64,000 nt of DNA from Lama guanicoe (Eukaryota), in assembly GCA_013239625.1 (NCBI GenBank), contig MU057344.1, forward strand, positions 9,150,727-9,214,726. The letters are read 5' to 3'. The position numbers and the translations under genes were made by a program. Shown one piece after another: positions 10,750 to 23,081 of this stretch. The stretch's first letter is position 1. Each line of letters opens with the position of its first letter. Under the pieces are notes generated by a model. That model did no database searches and was not told the DNA's origin. It was given only the letters and a program-made list of their open reading frames with translations.

Positions 10750-13700
10750 TTTAATATTTTTTTTATAAGATAAAGGAAGTGTCTTCTTATTCCTTTGACA
10801 TTTTTTTGAGACTTGAAATAAAGTCTGGCATTGGGGACATTTTGTAGTGTTTTGCATTTAAAAAAATGAATGTATATTCAGCAGTTGTTGGGCATAATGA
10901 TCTGTTGATGTCCGTTGGTCAACATTATGTTCAAGTTTTCTATATTTTCTGGGTTTTGTTTAGTTTTTCTACTTTTTATTCATTATGGGTTTATTTATAT
11001 TTCCGTGTAGTTCCCCAGCTTTTTGCTTTATGTTATTATTGAATTGCCTATTTTGTTATTAAGAAAGGTGTTCTTGGTTGCTAGAACTGCTTTTTATTCT
11101 TAAAGTCTGTTTTGTCTGATAGTAACAGAGATACACCAGCTTTCTTTGCAGTTCCTTTTTCTTTTTTTCCCTGACATCTTTGGGATTGATTATTTTTATA
11201 TTCATTTTCCGTCTACTAGTCTAATTGTCTGCTCTTTTACTCTCAGTGATTACACTAAAGATCACAGCATACATTCTTGACTTATCAAGATCTAATGTAA
11301 AATTAATGCTCCTATATTTTCCTGGATGGTACAAGAATCTTAGAACATTCTAGTTCCATTTACCCTCTCTCAGTGTCTAAGCTACTTTTGCTCTGTATTT
11401 TATTTCAGTGTATACATTAAACCCTATAGTGCATTCTTGACATATTAATACACAATAACTTAACCTTAACCATGAATAATTACATGTTAATATTACTTTA
11501 TATTTAATTTAGATTTAGCTACAGTTAGCCTTTCCACTGATCTTTGTTCCTTCCTACAGCCCTGAGGGTTATTTTTCTTTTTCCTCAAGAAACTTCCTTT
11601 GGGATTTTTTCTTTTTTTCGGACTAGGTCTGTTGGTGATAAATTTCCCTAGATTTCTTTAGTCTGGAGATGTCTTTCTTTCACTTTCATTCTTGAAGGAT
11701 ATTTTCAGGGGATCTAGAACTCCATTAGGAAATTCTTTTCTTTCAGCACTTTGGAGGTATCGTTCCATCAGCTCCTGGTTTCCGTCACTTGTACTGAGGT
11801 CAGATGCTGGTCCCTGTTGCCCCTTTGAAGGTGGTCTGGTCTCTCCTTACCCCAGCCTCCAGCTGCTGTTAAGATTTTTCTCTGTATATAAAATAAACAG
11901 CAAGGACCTCCTCTATAGCACAGGGAACTATATTCCATTTCTTGTAATAACATATAATGGAAAAGAATCTGAAAAGAAAAAAAAATATGTATGTGTATGT
12001 ATAACTGAATCACTTTGCTCTATACCTGAAACTAAAGTTGTCAATCAACTACGCTTCAATAAAACATAAAATTAAAAAAAATAAAAAATAAGACAAACAA
12101 AAAGACTGTCTCTGATACTGGTTTCCAGTGCGTACCTGTGATAGGCCTAGGTGTGCTTTTCTTTTGATTTATCCTACTTAGGGTGCATTGAGCTCCTTAA
12201 ATCTTAATTTAGTCAGTTTTCCAAGTATGATCAGTGATCTCTTCCGATAGCGCTTCTATCTCATTTTCTCTTTTCTTTCTTTCTGGGATGATAGTTAGGC
12301 CCATGTTAGACCTTTTAACTGAATCCCTAAGTCTCATTCTTTCCTCGGCGCTTCCCATCCTGTTGTTTCCTCTTTACGGCACTCTGACTTTCTTCTGATT
12401 TTCCAGTTTACTAATTCTTTCAACCTGTTCCTAATGTCAGTTTGATTAGTTACTTTCTCAATTTGGTAACTTCTTATAGTTTTCATTTCTCTGCCCAAGT
12501 CCTTCACCTTGTCCCATTTCTCTGTCCACATGAAGCAAACTTGTTGCAGTCTGCACCGGATACTGGAGTTCTCTGGATTACCTGTGGTTCTCTTTCTACC
12601 ATCTCTGTCCCTTGCTTTTTGATCATGTTGTTGTCTTCGTTATGTCTGGCTGTTTTTCTCAAACCTACAGAAACGTTGCAAAAATAGAACAAAGAGCTTT
12701 TCCCTCACACATTTGACATTTGAGAGTATGTTGCCGACACGATGCTCCACCACTTGCAGATATTTCAGGGTGCATTTTCCTACACACCGAGGACATTCTC
12801 CTGTTGAAACACAGTACAGCCATCACACTTGAGGAGTGAACATCAGTCCTTCATCACCATGTAATCTACAGACTGCATTCACGTTTTACTAGGACAACTC
12901 AGGACCGCAGGTTGCATTTGGTTGCCCCGCCTCTAGAGTTGCTTTCAAACTGGAGCAGGCCATCAGGTTTTCCTTAACTTTTGAGACCTTGCCGCTTGTG
13001 AAGATTACCAGACAGTCATTTTGTTGAATGTTCTTCAGTTGGGATTTATCTGACTTCCTCACATTTGGATTCATGCAATACGTCTTTGTTAGAATTACTG
13101 CAGAAGTGATGCTGAGTTTGTTCACTGCATCTTCTTTGATGGTACATGATTTTGATTTATCCTATTACTAATGATGTTAACTTTGGTCACTTGGTTAAGA
13201 TGGTGTCTTAATCAGGTTTCCCCACTCTGAGTTCTCTCCTTTCTTCTCTTTGTAATTAATAACTATTTTGTAAGCACATGTAGGTCTATTGTTTCTCATC
13301 AAACTTTCACGCACTAGTTTTAGCAGTCATTGATGTTACGTGCCTGAATTGTAACTACGAGTGGCTGTCAGGTGACACTTCCCCAATTATATCATTTTGA
13401 ATACATTTATTGGTTGTTTTTCTGCTATAAAGAAGAGCTTTCTCTCTCATCTGTCTATCTCTGTATACATGTATTTCTGTATGCAGGCATGTATGTATGT
13501 ATTTATCCATCTATCCATCCATTTATCCATATGGACTCATAGGTTTCTGTTCAATTGGGTTAACTTCATTACTATCATTTTTTAAATGCTCAAATTATCC
13601 TTGATTTGGCCAGTGAGAGCTGCTTTAAGCTGGCTTCTGTTTCTTTTTGGAATGTCTCCATGCATCCTTGAGTATTTCCTTACCTTCTGGCTGAACAAGA

Positions 13701-14280
13701 TGTCAGATTCTGCCTCTGCTTTCCTTACCCCAGCCCTGGAATCAACCAGCTCTGATTCCTTTTAGGGAAGGATGGTGTTTGGAGCCTAGATCTTAGTTTC
13801 TATGGTTGCTGTTCCCAGGCCCTCCCAGTGGCCACAATTAGGAAATACAGCATGTATCAACTGACGTACTACATACATATGCACATCTAAATCCAGATTA
13901 ATTTCTGTTTATATACACATATATAACATATATATGTAATCATGAGTTCACACCAATACTTACAATTCCTATTTAACACCATAAATTTGATTCTAGCTTC
14001 TCTCTCTTCCCTAACAGGGAGAAATCTGACTCCCATTAACTTCAATTTGGTTAATTATTTGCTCAGCCCCTCCCAGCCCCCATACGTACCAATCTTTTGT
14101 TGCTGCTGCTGCTCTGTGAGGATGGCTTCCTCCCCTCACTTGGCCTCTGACCCTCCTGCCCTGTCTCCTTACCTTACAGATGCCGCCTCCTCCTGCTGGG
14201 TCCTGACTCAGCATTGAGCTCCACCACCCACTCCTTGGGCATGGATTTCTTTCTCTCTGTCTTGTCCTGTCCCTTGGATT
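10750..14280 (-). mobile_element. Cluster of old L1M fragments (ORF1/ORF2 and L1MC/ME 3' pieces)
   Basis: T-rich, with ggtgataaatttccctagatttc, ttgaaggatattttc, gttttgttgaatgttcttcagttgggatttatctga and ggccagtgagagctgctttaagctggcttc. Confidence 0.7.
11885..12101 (+). mobile_element. 5'-truncated cetartiodactyl L1 3' end with degenerate TSD
   Basis: ggacctcctctatagcacagggaactatattc ... caataaaa plus A tail. Flanks aagatttttctctg (11871-11884) and aagactgtctctg (12102-12114). Confidence 0.85.
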
Positions 14281-14674
14281 GAATGAAATCATTCAGAAAG
14301 GCAGGAAGGAAAATGGATATGTGGTTATTTTTGATTCAGTGCTAGAACTTACATATGAAATTATAGAAATAATTTAAGACCTGGGTTGATAATGATCATG
14401 GTATTCCTCCAGAGAAACGCTATGTTTTACTTCTACAGGTTCTGTTGTAATAGAATAAAAGGACAATATTACTGCTTTCTGGCCTGGATTTACTCATCAG
14501 TGACTTCTGTAGCAAAAAAAAAAAAACAAAAACAAAAAGGGGGGGGTTACCCTTCTGAACGAGTCTGTTTAGAGATTTAATTAGGTTCCTTTTGAGCTGA
14601 TTCCTATTTTATCCTTTACTACCATTAAGGTTACTAGGATAACCTAGTACCTAGTACTGCATCAAAACATGATT

Positions 14675-15345
14675 GTGTAGCAGGTGTTGGTAAGGACTCA
14701 GAACCCTCATACACTGCTGGTGGGAATGTAAAATGGTGTGGTCACTTTGGAAAACAGTCTGGTGATTCCTCAAATGATTAAATATGAGTTACCATATGAC
14801 TCAGCAATGCTATTCCTAGGTGTATTGTCAAGAGAAATGAAAACAAATGTCCACACCAAAAATTTTACCCAGTGTTTATAGTAGCAGTTTCATAATAGCC
14901 AAAGTGTGGAAACAACTCAACTGTAATTCAGTGGATGAATGGATAAACAAAATGTAGTAACCAGATAGTGGAATATTATTCAGCCACAAAAAGGAATGAA
15001 GTACTGATATTTGTTACAAGTTGGATGAATCTTGAAAACAATATAAATGAAAGAAGCTAGATACAAAAGTCCACATAGTCTGTATTTTCATTCCTATGTC
15101 CAGAATAAGGAAATTTATAGAGACAGAAAGGTTAGTGGTGGCTTAGATCGAGGGTGATAGCTCAAGTGCCCGGGTTTTTTTTTTTTTTTTTGAGGTGATG
15201 AAAACATTCTAACTTTGGCTTTGTTGATGATTGTATGTATTTGTGCATATACTCGAGCCAGTGAATAGCACCCTTTAAGTGGATGAATTATATGGCATGC
15301 GAGTTATAACCCAGGAAAACAGCTTAAACATTTTGTAAAAAGAAA
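14675..15345 (+). mobile_element. L1MB-type 3' end
   Basis: aaccctcatacactgctggtgggaatgtaaaatgg, ggatgaatggataaacaaaatgt, aaaaggaatgaagtactgata. Confidence 0.88.
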
Positions 15346-15489
15346 GACATGTATTGTGACTTGCTGGGAACTTGAGTCCATATGGAAACCTTTGGGAATA
15401 TGAGCTAACAGCACACCTTTTCAATGAAACAGGTAGTGGTCAGTTGCAAAGCAGGGAACCAGCAGGACTCTTTGCCGTGTAGATTACCT

Positions 15490-15660
15490 GTTAATGGCTG
15501 TTTATTTTTCTGGCTGTGGAATCTTGGGCAAAGTACTTGAATTTCCCTAAAACCATGTTTCCTCATCTGGGATGGGGACATGCTGGTATCTGATATTAAA
15601 TAAAAATGTCTGAGGAGCTCACAGTGTGGCTTGTAGCATGTGGCAGCGTCTGTGTAGTGG
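15490..15660 (+). mobile_element. MIR fragment
   Basis: Core ttgggcaaagtacttgaatttccct ... tttcctcatctg. Confidence 0.6.
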
Positions 15661-16056
15661 CGTTTTGCTCCAAGACAGGAAGTATCACAAAACAAGGAGC
15701 TCTGTGCTCAGGGTCACATTTTCCTCAGTTGCACCTCACTTTGCTCCTACTTGTCTATACTGCCTGGTTGTGGTCCTTGGTACCTTTTAGGGGTGCGGGT
15801 GATTACAGCTGATGGCTGGAGCCTGATCCGTCAGAGAACTGGCTGTCAATTCTTCTGGGAGTGTGACTCTGAGCCAAGTCAGGGAGTCCTCTGACGGAGG
15901 ACAGTTTAGTCTGTAAAACTGAAAAGGTACCAGGGGAAATCTTAAAAATACAGATATGACTGTTGATTTGAAGTAGAACAAATTCATATCCTCCCTAGCC
16001 TAAAAAGCCTTGAGTGGACTTTAAAACCTTTCCAGTATAACACAGCGTTCAAACTA

Positions 16057-16195
16057 GGAGGGCGGAGCTCAAGTGGTAGCGTGCATGCTTAGCACGCATG
16101 AGGTCCTGGGTTCAATCCCCAGTGCCTCCATTAAACAAACCTAGTAATAAATAAATAAATAGACCTAATGACCCCCCCCAAAACAGACCCAAAAC
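16057..16195 (+). mobile_element. Vic-1-like SINE
   Basis: ggagggcggagctcaagtggtagcgtgcatgcttagcacgcatgaggtcctgggttcaatcccc, then (TAAA)n and acctaatgacccccc. Confidence 0.88.
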
Positions 16196-16869
16196 CAGTC
16201 TTGCCAAAATGACTTGCTCGTGCCAAAATCCCGCCCCCCAACCCAGTTCTTTTCCTTTTACTGCTGCAAATCCCACTTCTCTTCTTAGATCCCCCTCTCA
16301 TATTCCCTCCCGTAAAGGTTTCCCTGAAGGTGCCAGCCCTCACCTGATTGGAATGGCAAGACCTTTCATGATCCATGATTCCCAATGTGGTATATGCTCC
16401 CAGTGGTTTGGTTAATTATTCTCTGCGTCTATCACTGACTTAGAGATTATACTCTGTTTCTCTCACTGTCTCCTCATCCCTCTACCACTGCCCACTCCTG
16501 TTCCATCTTCCTGTGGCTAGCAGAGTGTCAGGTGTCAGGTAGATACTTAACAAATGATCTTTGTCAGCACAGGTATAACAGCAGTCCTGTAAGTCAATTC
16601 ATGCCTTCTCTAGTGTGGCTTTCTTTTGACTTTTACCTTCGGGGATGTTTCTGATACCCGAACACATCCCGATGAGGAACAGGCTCATATTGTAAAAGAC
16701 GCAGGCCCAGGTCGTGCAGCAGGAAGGCACGTGTCACATATACACGGGTACCTGCTGCTCCGGATGACTGCTCGCAGGAGACATACAGGCTCAGCGCCAT
16801 CAAATCTGACTTGTCTGGGAAAATCTGAAATCCAGACTTCTTAAAACGTTGGCCTGTGACTGTAACATG

Positions 16870-17700
16870 TCAACATTGACAGCATAGAACGGGGACTGAA
16901 CAGAACGGGGGAGATCTCAAAGTAGACTCGTGTAGATGGAAACTGGATAGATAATCACAGTGGTGCCGCAGTGGGGGGAAGATGGGTTGGAGAAAGGTGG
17001 TTTGGGGAAACTGGTACCCAATCTTGAAAAAGACGAAGCTGGATACTGCCTTATACTGGATACGTAAGTAGACTCGATAGATGAGAACTAAGTGTAAAAG
17101 GCAAAGCTACTCAGGCTGGCTTCACAGCCTAGACACTGGGAAGGATGTTTTAAGACAGATCCTCGAAACAGATGGTAAGTCAGCAGAGCAATGGATCTGA
17201 CCGCGTTAAAATGAAACATTTCTAGTCCAGAAAAGATACCAAGTGCAAAGTTATCCGTTGATGACTGACTGGGAGATGATATTGACAAGGTTAAATGGAT
17301 ATCTAGCAAAGTGAAGGAACCTATCATGTAAACCAATGAGAAAGTCAGAAAGAGAAAAACATCTGGAAAAATGGGCAAAGGCAATGAACATGCAGTTTCC
17401 TAAAGAGGAAACTTCACTAGTTAGTAAGTTTTTCACAAAGTGCTCAACTTACTAATAATTAAGGAAATCAAATCAAATCAATGAACTGTAACTTTATACC
17501 TGTTAGATCTAATTCTTGCGAACAGTAGGTATGGGCAAAAATGTGGGGGAATAGGAACCCACGTGCAGTCCCAGTAAGAGCGGAACCAGCATAGCCATCC
17601 TGGAGTAGTACTTGGTAGCATCTGATGAAATTGGATTTGCATGTATCTTTGAGTAAGTCCACTCCTGGGTATGTGGCCAGGGGAATTCTTGCACAGACCC
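16870..17700 (+). mobile_element. Old L1 ORF2 3' fragment
   Basis: aaaatgggcaaaggcaatgaacatgcagtttc ... aaagtgctcaacttactaataattaaggaaat. Confidence 0.7.
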
Positions 17701-17704
17701 ACCC

Positions 17705-17805
17705 CTCCCAGTTTATGCCACTTATCCGGGTGTAATTATTACTAGCGGTTCCATCCGTCCACTCTCAGTGTCCTGACTTGGATGATATATTGATGACTAA
17801 CCATT
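17705..17805. mobile_element. MER94-like hAT-Blackjack relic
   Basis: tcccagtttatgcc ... gtgtaattattactagc ... cactctcagtgtcctgacttggatgata. Confidence 0.55.
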
Positions 17806-18039
17806 AGGTGGCATCCTTACTGTGTGGTTTACCGTCACAGGGCACCACAGGCAACTCAGGTACTGGTACCGAGGGAGCAGACAGAGAAAAGTGGTGGATT
17901 TAGTATATGAAATGCCATGCAGCAGTGAGAAGGAAAGGATGGGGTGTACAGAGAAGGGAGGGGGAAAATATGGTTTTCCGAACAAAAGGCATCTGCAGGT
18001 TGAATTAGTGTATAAAGGTTTACTTTGGATTTTTTTTTA

Positions 18040-18375
18040 AAGACAATTTTTTTAGAGTAGTTTTAGGTTCACAGCAAAATTACGAGGAAGGTACAGAGAT
18101 TTCCCACATATCTCCTCCCTCCACACATGCACTGCCTCCCTGCCATAATCAACGTCCCCCACCAGAGTGGTACATTTGTTACAGTTGGTGAACATACACT
18201 GACACATCATTACCACCCACAGTTTACAGTTTATGTTAGGGTTCTGGTGATGTACATTCTGTGGGTTTGGACAAATGTGTAATGACATGTGTCCATCATT
18301 ATGGTTCCATATGGAGAATTTTCACTGCCTTAAGCATCCTCAGTACCCCTCCCATTCATCCCTCCCCTCCCCACA
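18040..18375 (-). mobile_element. L1MC-type 3' end
   Basis: gtagttttaggttcacagcaaaatt ... ccaccagagtggtacatttgttaca ... gggtttggacaaatgtgtaatgacatg. Confidence 0.82.
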
Positions 18376-18580
18376 GCTCAGCTTGGATTTTTTTGTTTGT
18401 TTTTTTAGTGGTGGCATGTACCATTGCTTGGGTGCATTGAAACTTGCATAGCCACCTGGTTGTGGAAAGTTGATCCTTCTCCCATAAGGGGTGGGGTTTC
18501 TGCAATTGTCAAGCGATCTGGTCTTTTTTCTCCTGAGCCCTTGGTCCTCTTAGAGGTCAGCTGTCAGAGAGAATGGTCTC

Positions 18581-18588
18581 TGACGTCA
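18581..18588. promoter_or_regulatory. Perfect CRE palindrome (TGACGTCA) ~0.9 kb upstream of the CpG island
   Basis: Motif seen in sequence. Function is untested. Confidence 0.35.
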
Positions 18589-19479
18589 TATAATTTCATG
18601 GCTTGGAGAAGAACCTCTTCACATGGAGAAAAGGGAGTCTCAGTGGTGTGAGCCACCTTAAGCCATAAACACGAAGTAGACTTCACTTAAGTCTTTATTT
18701 CAAGGCTCCCTCTGCCTTGCCTTCACTAGCCCAGGTAACCTTCCAGCATCACTGAGCGGAACGTCTTTGGTGGCAAAGAGCTCTGATGGGAGAGGCTTCT
18801 GTTTGAGAGCCTTTCTGGCCTACAAGTCAGCTGGAACTTGACCTTCTGTATCTTAAACACAGGATAGACAAATGGCTTTTCAACCAGCGTCCCCCCCGGG
18901 GAAGCTCACAGGGGTGCTTTGATCGCTGCTGCTGTGCTGTTACTTTCTCTCCCCTGGTGGAGGTGGTGCTGCCAGCGTCCTGCCAGTGTTGCAGCCAGAT
19001 CCCCAGTGGAAGTATCCAAACTGCTGGCTGTAGATGCTGCTGCGTCTCTCTCTCCCTCCCTCCCTCTCTCTGTAAAGTTAGCACCTTTGTGATCAGCAGA
19101 TGGGACAGCAGAATAAAGACTTCAGCAGCCACTGAAACAGCTGTTGTGACCATGTGAAAGGTATTTCTCCCTCCTTCCGCCCCTTTCCAGAGAAATGGCC
19201 CTTTGGGTTGGAGCAGGAGACTGGTGGTTCTATGCACAGAATAGGTCTGGTTTGGCGAAGATGAAGCACCCCGACCATCTCTGTGTCACTGGAGTGCCAT
19301 GGGGGATGTGTGGCATTTTTCATCTCTTTTTGATCTTTGGATTTTATTGCTGGGATCCTCCTATTCTGTGTCTGCTACTTCCTGGGCTGTGGGCATGAAG
19401 AGGTTACAGCAGCCAGGAGCCTGCTGGGCTGAGTTAGCACTTCCCTCTGCATCCAGAATCTCTCCAAGTAACGGCCCTT

Positions 19480-19925
19480 TTACATCATGGAAAAGGGGTG
19501 GCGGTGCGGGCGGTGGGGTGGGGGNNNNNNNNNNNNNNNNNNNNNNNNNNNNNNNNNNNNNNNNNNNNNNNNNNNNNNNNNNNNNNNNNNNNNNNNNNNN
19601 NNNNNNCCGCCTCTCGCGCGCTCCCCGCCTGCGTCGGGCCGCCCAGGGGCGCGCGGACCCGGGACGGCGGCGCTGGGGCTCGGGCTCGGGCTCCGCGGGG
19701 GACGGAGACCAGGGCCGGAGCCGCCAGAGCCGCGGGCCTGGGAGGCCGGCTCCCCGGGGAGCTTGGGGTGGCCCGGCTCGTGCCCTCCCTCCCGGCAGGA
19801 GACCCCGCTGAGCCTCCGCGCTTTTCCCGCAGCAGCTGGCGCTGGGAGGGGGCTGGGGCCAAGCTCTCTCCAGCGGCCACCGGGCTGAGCAGCTCCGCGG
19901 CCCCGGCCCCGGCCCCTTCCAGGTG
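19480..19925 (+). promoter_or_regulatory. KAZN: CpG island / promoter of the distal KAZN transcript
   Basis: Very high GC and dense CpG (e.g. ccgcctctcgcgcgctccccgcctgcgtcgggccgccc) with GC-box-like runs. N-run at 19525-19606. Lies directly upstream of the coding exon. Confidence 0.85.
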
Positions 19926-20227
19926 ACCTAGTAAGAGGAAACATCTCCCATTGGGTGAAACTCAGATTTTGCTTTTGCATCTAACTCCTGTAGCCGAACC
20001 AGCTCTGCCGAAACCCGTAGGGTTTCATTTTGCACTTGACTGTGCTGGAGAAAGACTGCAAGGAGTGGGCGGCGAGAGGAGGAACCTTATAAACTTTGGG
20101 GGCGGGGACATTTTCTTGGAAGTGACAAGTAGCTTCAGACCTGGGCCAGTGACGTCGTCCTCCGCTCAGACGCTCCGAAGGGGCTGGACGCGGCCACAAG
20201 ACCAAAGCCAAAGATCCCAGGAGAGCC
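19923..20227 (+). other. KAZN: Probable 5' UTR portion of the KAZN exon
   Basis: ATG-free 305 nt before the start codon, preceded by a pyrimidine-rich acceptor-like ccccggccccttccAG| at 19922. The exon start is uncertain. Confidence 0.5.
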
Positions 20228-20318
20228 ATGGAATCCACGCTGGCGACACCCAGTTCTGCCGCAGGCCCCGTCACCTTCTCCCACGTCTTCGGGCAGCAGT
20301 GCCAACTTATGGAAGCAG
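20228..20318 (+). CDS. KAZN: First coding exon (91 nt, phase-1 donor) of the long distal-promoter isoform of kazrin; encodes MESTLATPSSAAGPVTFSHVFGQQCQLMEA
   Basis: Seen: gccATGG Kozak at 20225-20231, in-frame TGA upstream at 20150-20152, no ATG in 19923-20227, donor CAG|GTAGGA at 20318/20319, and position just downstream of a CpG island. Recalled, not searched: the motif GPVTFSHVFGQQCQLM and a 91-nt first coding exon match the long human KAZN isoform. Confidence 0.78.
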
Positions 20319-21419
20319 GTAGGAAGCTGTTGTGGGAAGTGGGGTGCTACCCCAGATCCCCAGAGGCAGAGGCCCATGTGTGTCTGCGGGTCTGTCTGTT
20401 TCATCTCTGCCTCGGTGAGATTTGGAATGTGAGGCTCAACCGGCCAGTGACATGCCTGTCTGGCTCACTCACTGTAAAGTTTCTGGCACGTGCCATGGGA
20501 CTGACTGAAGGTGCCACTTGGGCAGGGGAAGTGAGGGTGCCCATGGGTCCTGTCACCTCTTTTCTCTGTGGCTGCTCAGAGGATGCAGGAGAGTGAGTCA
20601 GGAAGGAGCTGATGACGTGGTGGCTGTGGTCATTGTTTGGGGGCAGGTGCCAATCCTAGACTAGCTGTTTTTCTGTCAGCTTGCCTCTCTGCTGCTTAAA
20701 GTGGTGGTTAAGCTGAGTAACACAGCTGCTTGAGTGCCCGCCTGAAGCAGCGACTCAAGCCCTTGGCTCTGCTGTGGGGATTCCTCCTTAGCCTTTGCCC
20801 CGACTTTGTCTTCCGAAAGGCTCACGTTTTATGCAGAGCGGAAAACTTGGTGTGGGCTGCAGCCTTGCCCGGGGTCGGCCATCTTTCTATGCATTTGGTC
20901 ACAGAGAAACAAGGTGATGGGTGGGTAGCTCGGTGCAAGTGGTTACCCTAGTGGAGCCCGCAGACCAGTGCGCTGTCCGTGCCTATGATTGTGCTGGCGC
21001 CACACCGGACGTGGGATGCCTGCTTCCCTGCTTTCTTGGAGTCCATTCTTGTTGTTGAGAAAAGGGCCATGGGTTTCTCCAGTGGTTTCCTGGGTGTTAA
21101 AGTGTTAATTGTGCATTGTGGCTGTGCATCTCTGGAAGGTGTCGAGAAGAGCCCTGTACTGAGGAACTGGAGCGGGGACTTGAGTTGGTGTTGGTGTTTT
21201 CATTGGGTGGTTGCATAACCTTGGAAATTGCAGACCCTTCCCCTTTCCCTTGGGAATGTGTCTCCAGCTGCAAAACAAGAGAACTGGCCGTGAGGCTGCC
21301 CGGTCCATCCAGGCCTTAGATTCAGTGAGATTAGATTCAGAAGAGCCAAGTGTAACAGAGAAAACAAACTTGAGCTGTTTTTAAGGATGGGCTGTGTTCA
21401 CACAAGTTGGAAACTCATG

Positions 21420-21665
21420 GAGTGGATGAATGAGGACTCTGGACCTGAACTGCCTGTGTTTGAGTCCCATCTTCACTTGTTACAAGCTGTGTGACCTCAG
21501 GCAAGTGACTTAGCTTCTCTGTGCCTCAGTTTCCTCACCTTTAAAATGGGGATAAGAGGCACTCCCTCACAGGGTCATCACAAAGATTAACTATGTTAAT
21601 GTGTCAAAAGCCTTAGAACAGTGCCTGGCACCTACTCAGCACTGTTTCAGTGTCAAGTGTTTGCT
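21420..21665 (+). mobile_element. MIR, near full length
   Basis: gctgtgtgacctcaggcaagtgacttagcttctctgtgcctcagtttcctcacctttaaaatggggataa ... agaacagtgcctggcac. Confidence 0.9.
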
Positions 21666-23081
21666 AATATTTCTAGGGAGTGTGGGGGCCACCGGGCAGG
21701 TGTCCTTCCAGGGGCCCATCAAGGCATCTCTGTTTGCAGAGAGCACAGCTGCCTGTGGTTCTAGCCAGTCAAAGCATCGAGCACCCCCCTCCACCCGCAC
21801 TTTGATTCTGGTTTGCCTGGAAGGTTGAGCGTCCCCCACCCCACGCACCTGAGGAGCGTCTGACCTGCGGTAGCTCAGGTGCCTCTACTTCCTCGTGAGC
21901 AGGAGGGCTTGGGGATTTTCCTGGACGGGATTCCACACGCCTTTCTGCTCCTCCGGCGTGACTGGGGGGAAGGCAGGTTGGATTTCTAAAGTTCCCCGGT
22001 GCTGTCCCCTGCAGCTTTGTCCTCGAAGCTTTTGGAGGCACCCAAGCCTAAATCAGGTCATGAAACCCTGTCTCCTTGAAAGCAATCCTTTATGTCAAGA
22101 GAACAGTGCTACCTGGAGTAACAACGGCCAGCAGCCTCGAGGGAGAGCCCCCTCCCTGAAGATGCGCAAAGAGGGGCCGTTCAGCTCTGCGCCAGATGCG
22201 CTCACTCCGCGGGGCCCCAGGGCTGGAGGCGAGCACAGAGACGCCTCCAGCCACTTGCAGTCCCGCTGGTATCACAAACAAGATCTTCAGTGAGTGTGCA
22301 GACCGTTCCCTGACTCCAGGGGCTCACCGCTGTGTGAATCACGTGTGTTCCCGAGTGAGAAGCGTCTCTCGACACGAATTCACTGAGCACCCACGACCTG
22401 CTTTCTCCTCCCCATGCCGGGAACCACGGGGTCCGAAGAGTAAGTCCCAGCCTTTACTCAAGGAGATGATCTAGTTGGCGGTAAAAGGAAAGCATGTTGA
22501 GGAAAAGAGGATTATGCAGGATGTGACTTTTTAATGATTCCATTGCTGAAAAAGCCCTGTATATTTTACATAAATGCTCTCACTTTATTTTTAAAAACCC
22601 TAACCAATTTCCATAGGCAGAGGAAATGCTCGGGGTTGCCCCCCTGGCCACGTTCATGCAGCAGGAACGTAGCAGAGGGAAAGGTGAACCCTGGTCTGAT
22701 GCCCACGCCTGTGCCTCTAACACTGAGAGCATGTGGTCGTCGGTGGGTGATGCCTTGGGTTAACCTTTTCTATCAGTAAGTATGTCAAGTCTTAGGAGAA
22801 GTTGATTCCTGAGAGACAGAACCGTCAAGGATGTTCAGTGGGGTGGAGGTTGGGGAGGTAAGCACAAAAAGGCTCACTGAATTTAGGGGGCAGCGGTGGA
22901 CCCTGACAGTAAGGGTGTGTTGGGCGTGGTGGGGGCTGGGAGAACTCTGTCCCAGTTAGCAGCAGGGGGATTGTGAAGGCCACGCTGGGGCCATGGGAAG
23001 GGTGCGGACTTCTTTCCTGTTCAGCCCCAGTTCAGCTGTTTGGTAGCCGCGTGATCTTGATTAAACCCCAAAGCCCTAGAC

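Noticed and set aside
19299-19980. Long ORFs over the CpG island
   Set aside because: Artefacts of extreme GC content and translation through Ns.
20228-20596. 122-aa single-exon ORF from the same ATG
   Set aside because: It reads through the splice donor at 20319. Only the first 30 codons are recognisable, and the rest is intronic read-through.
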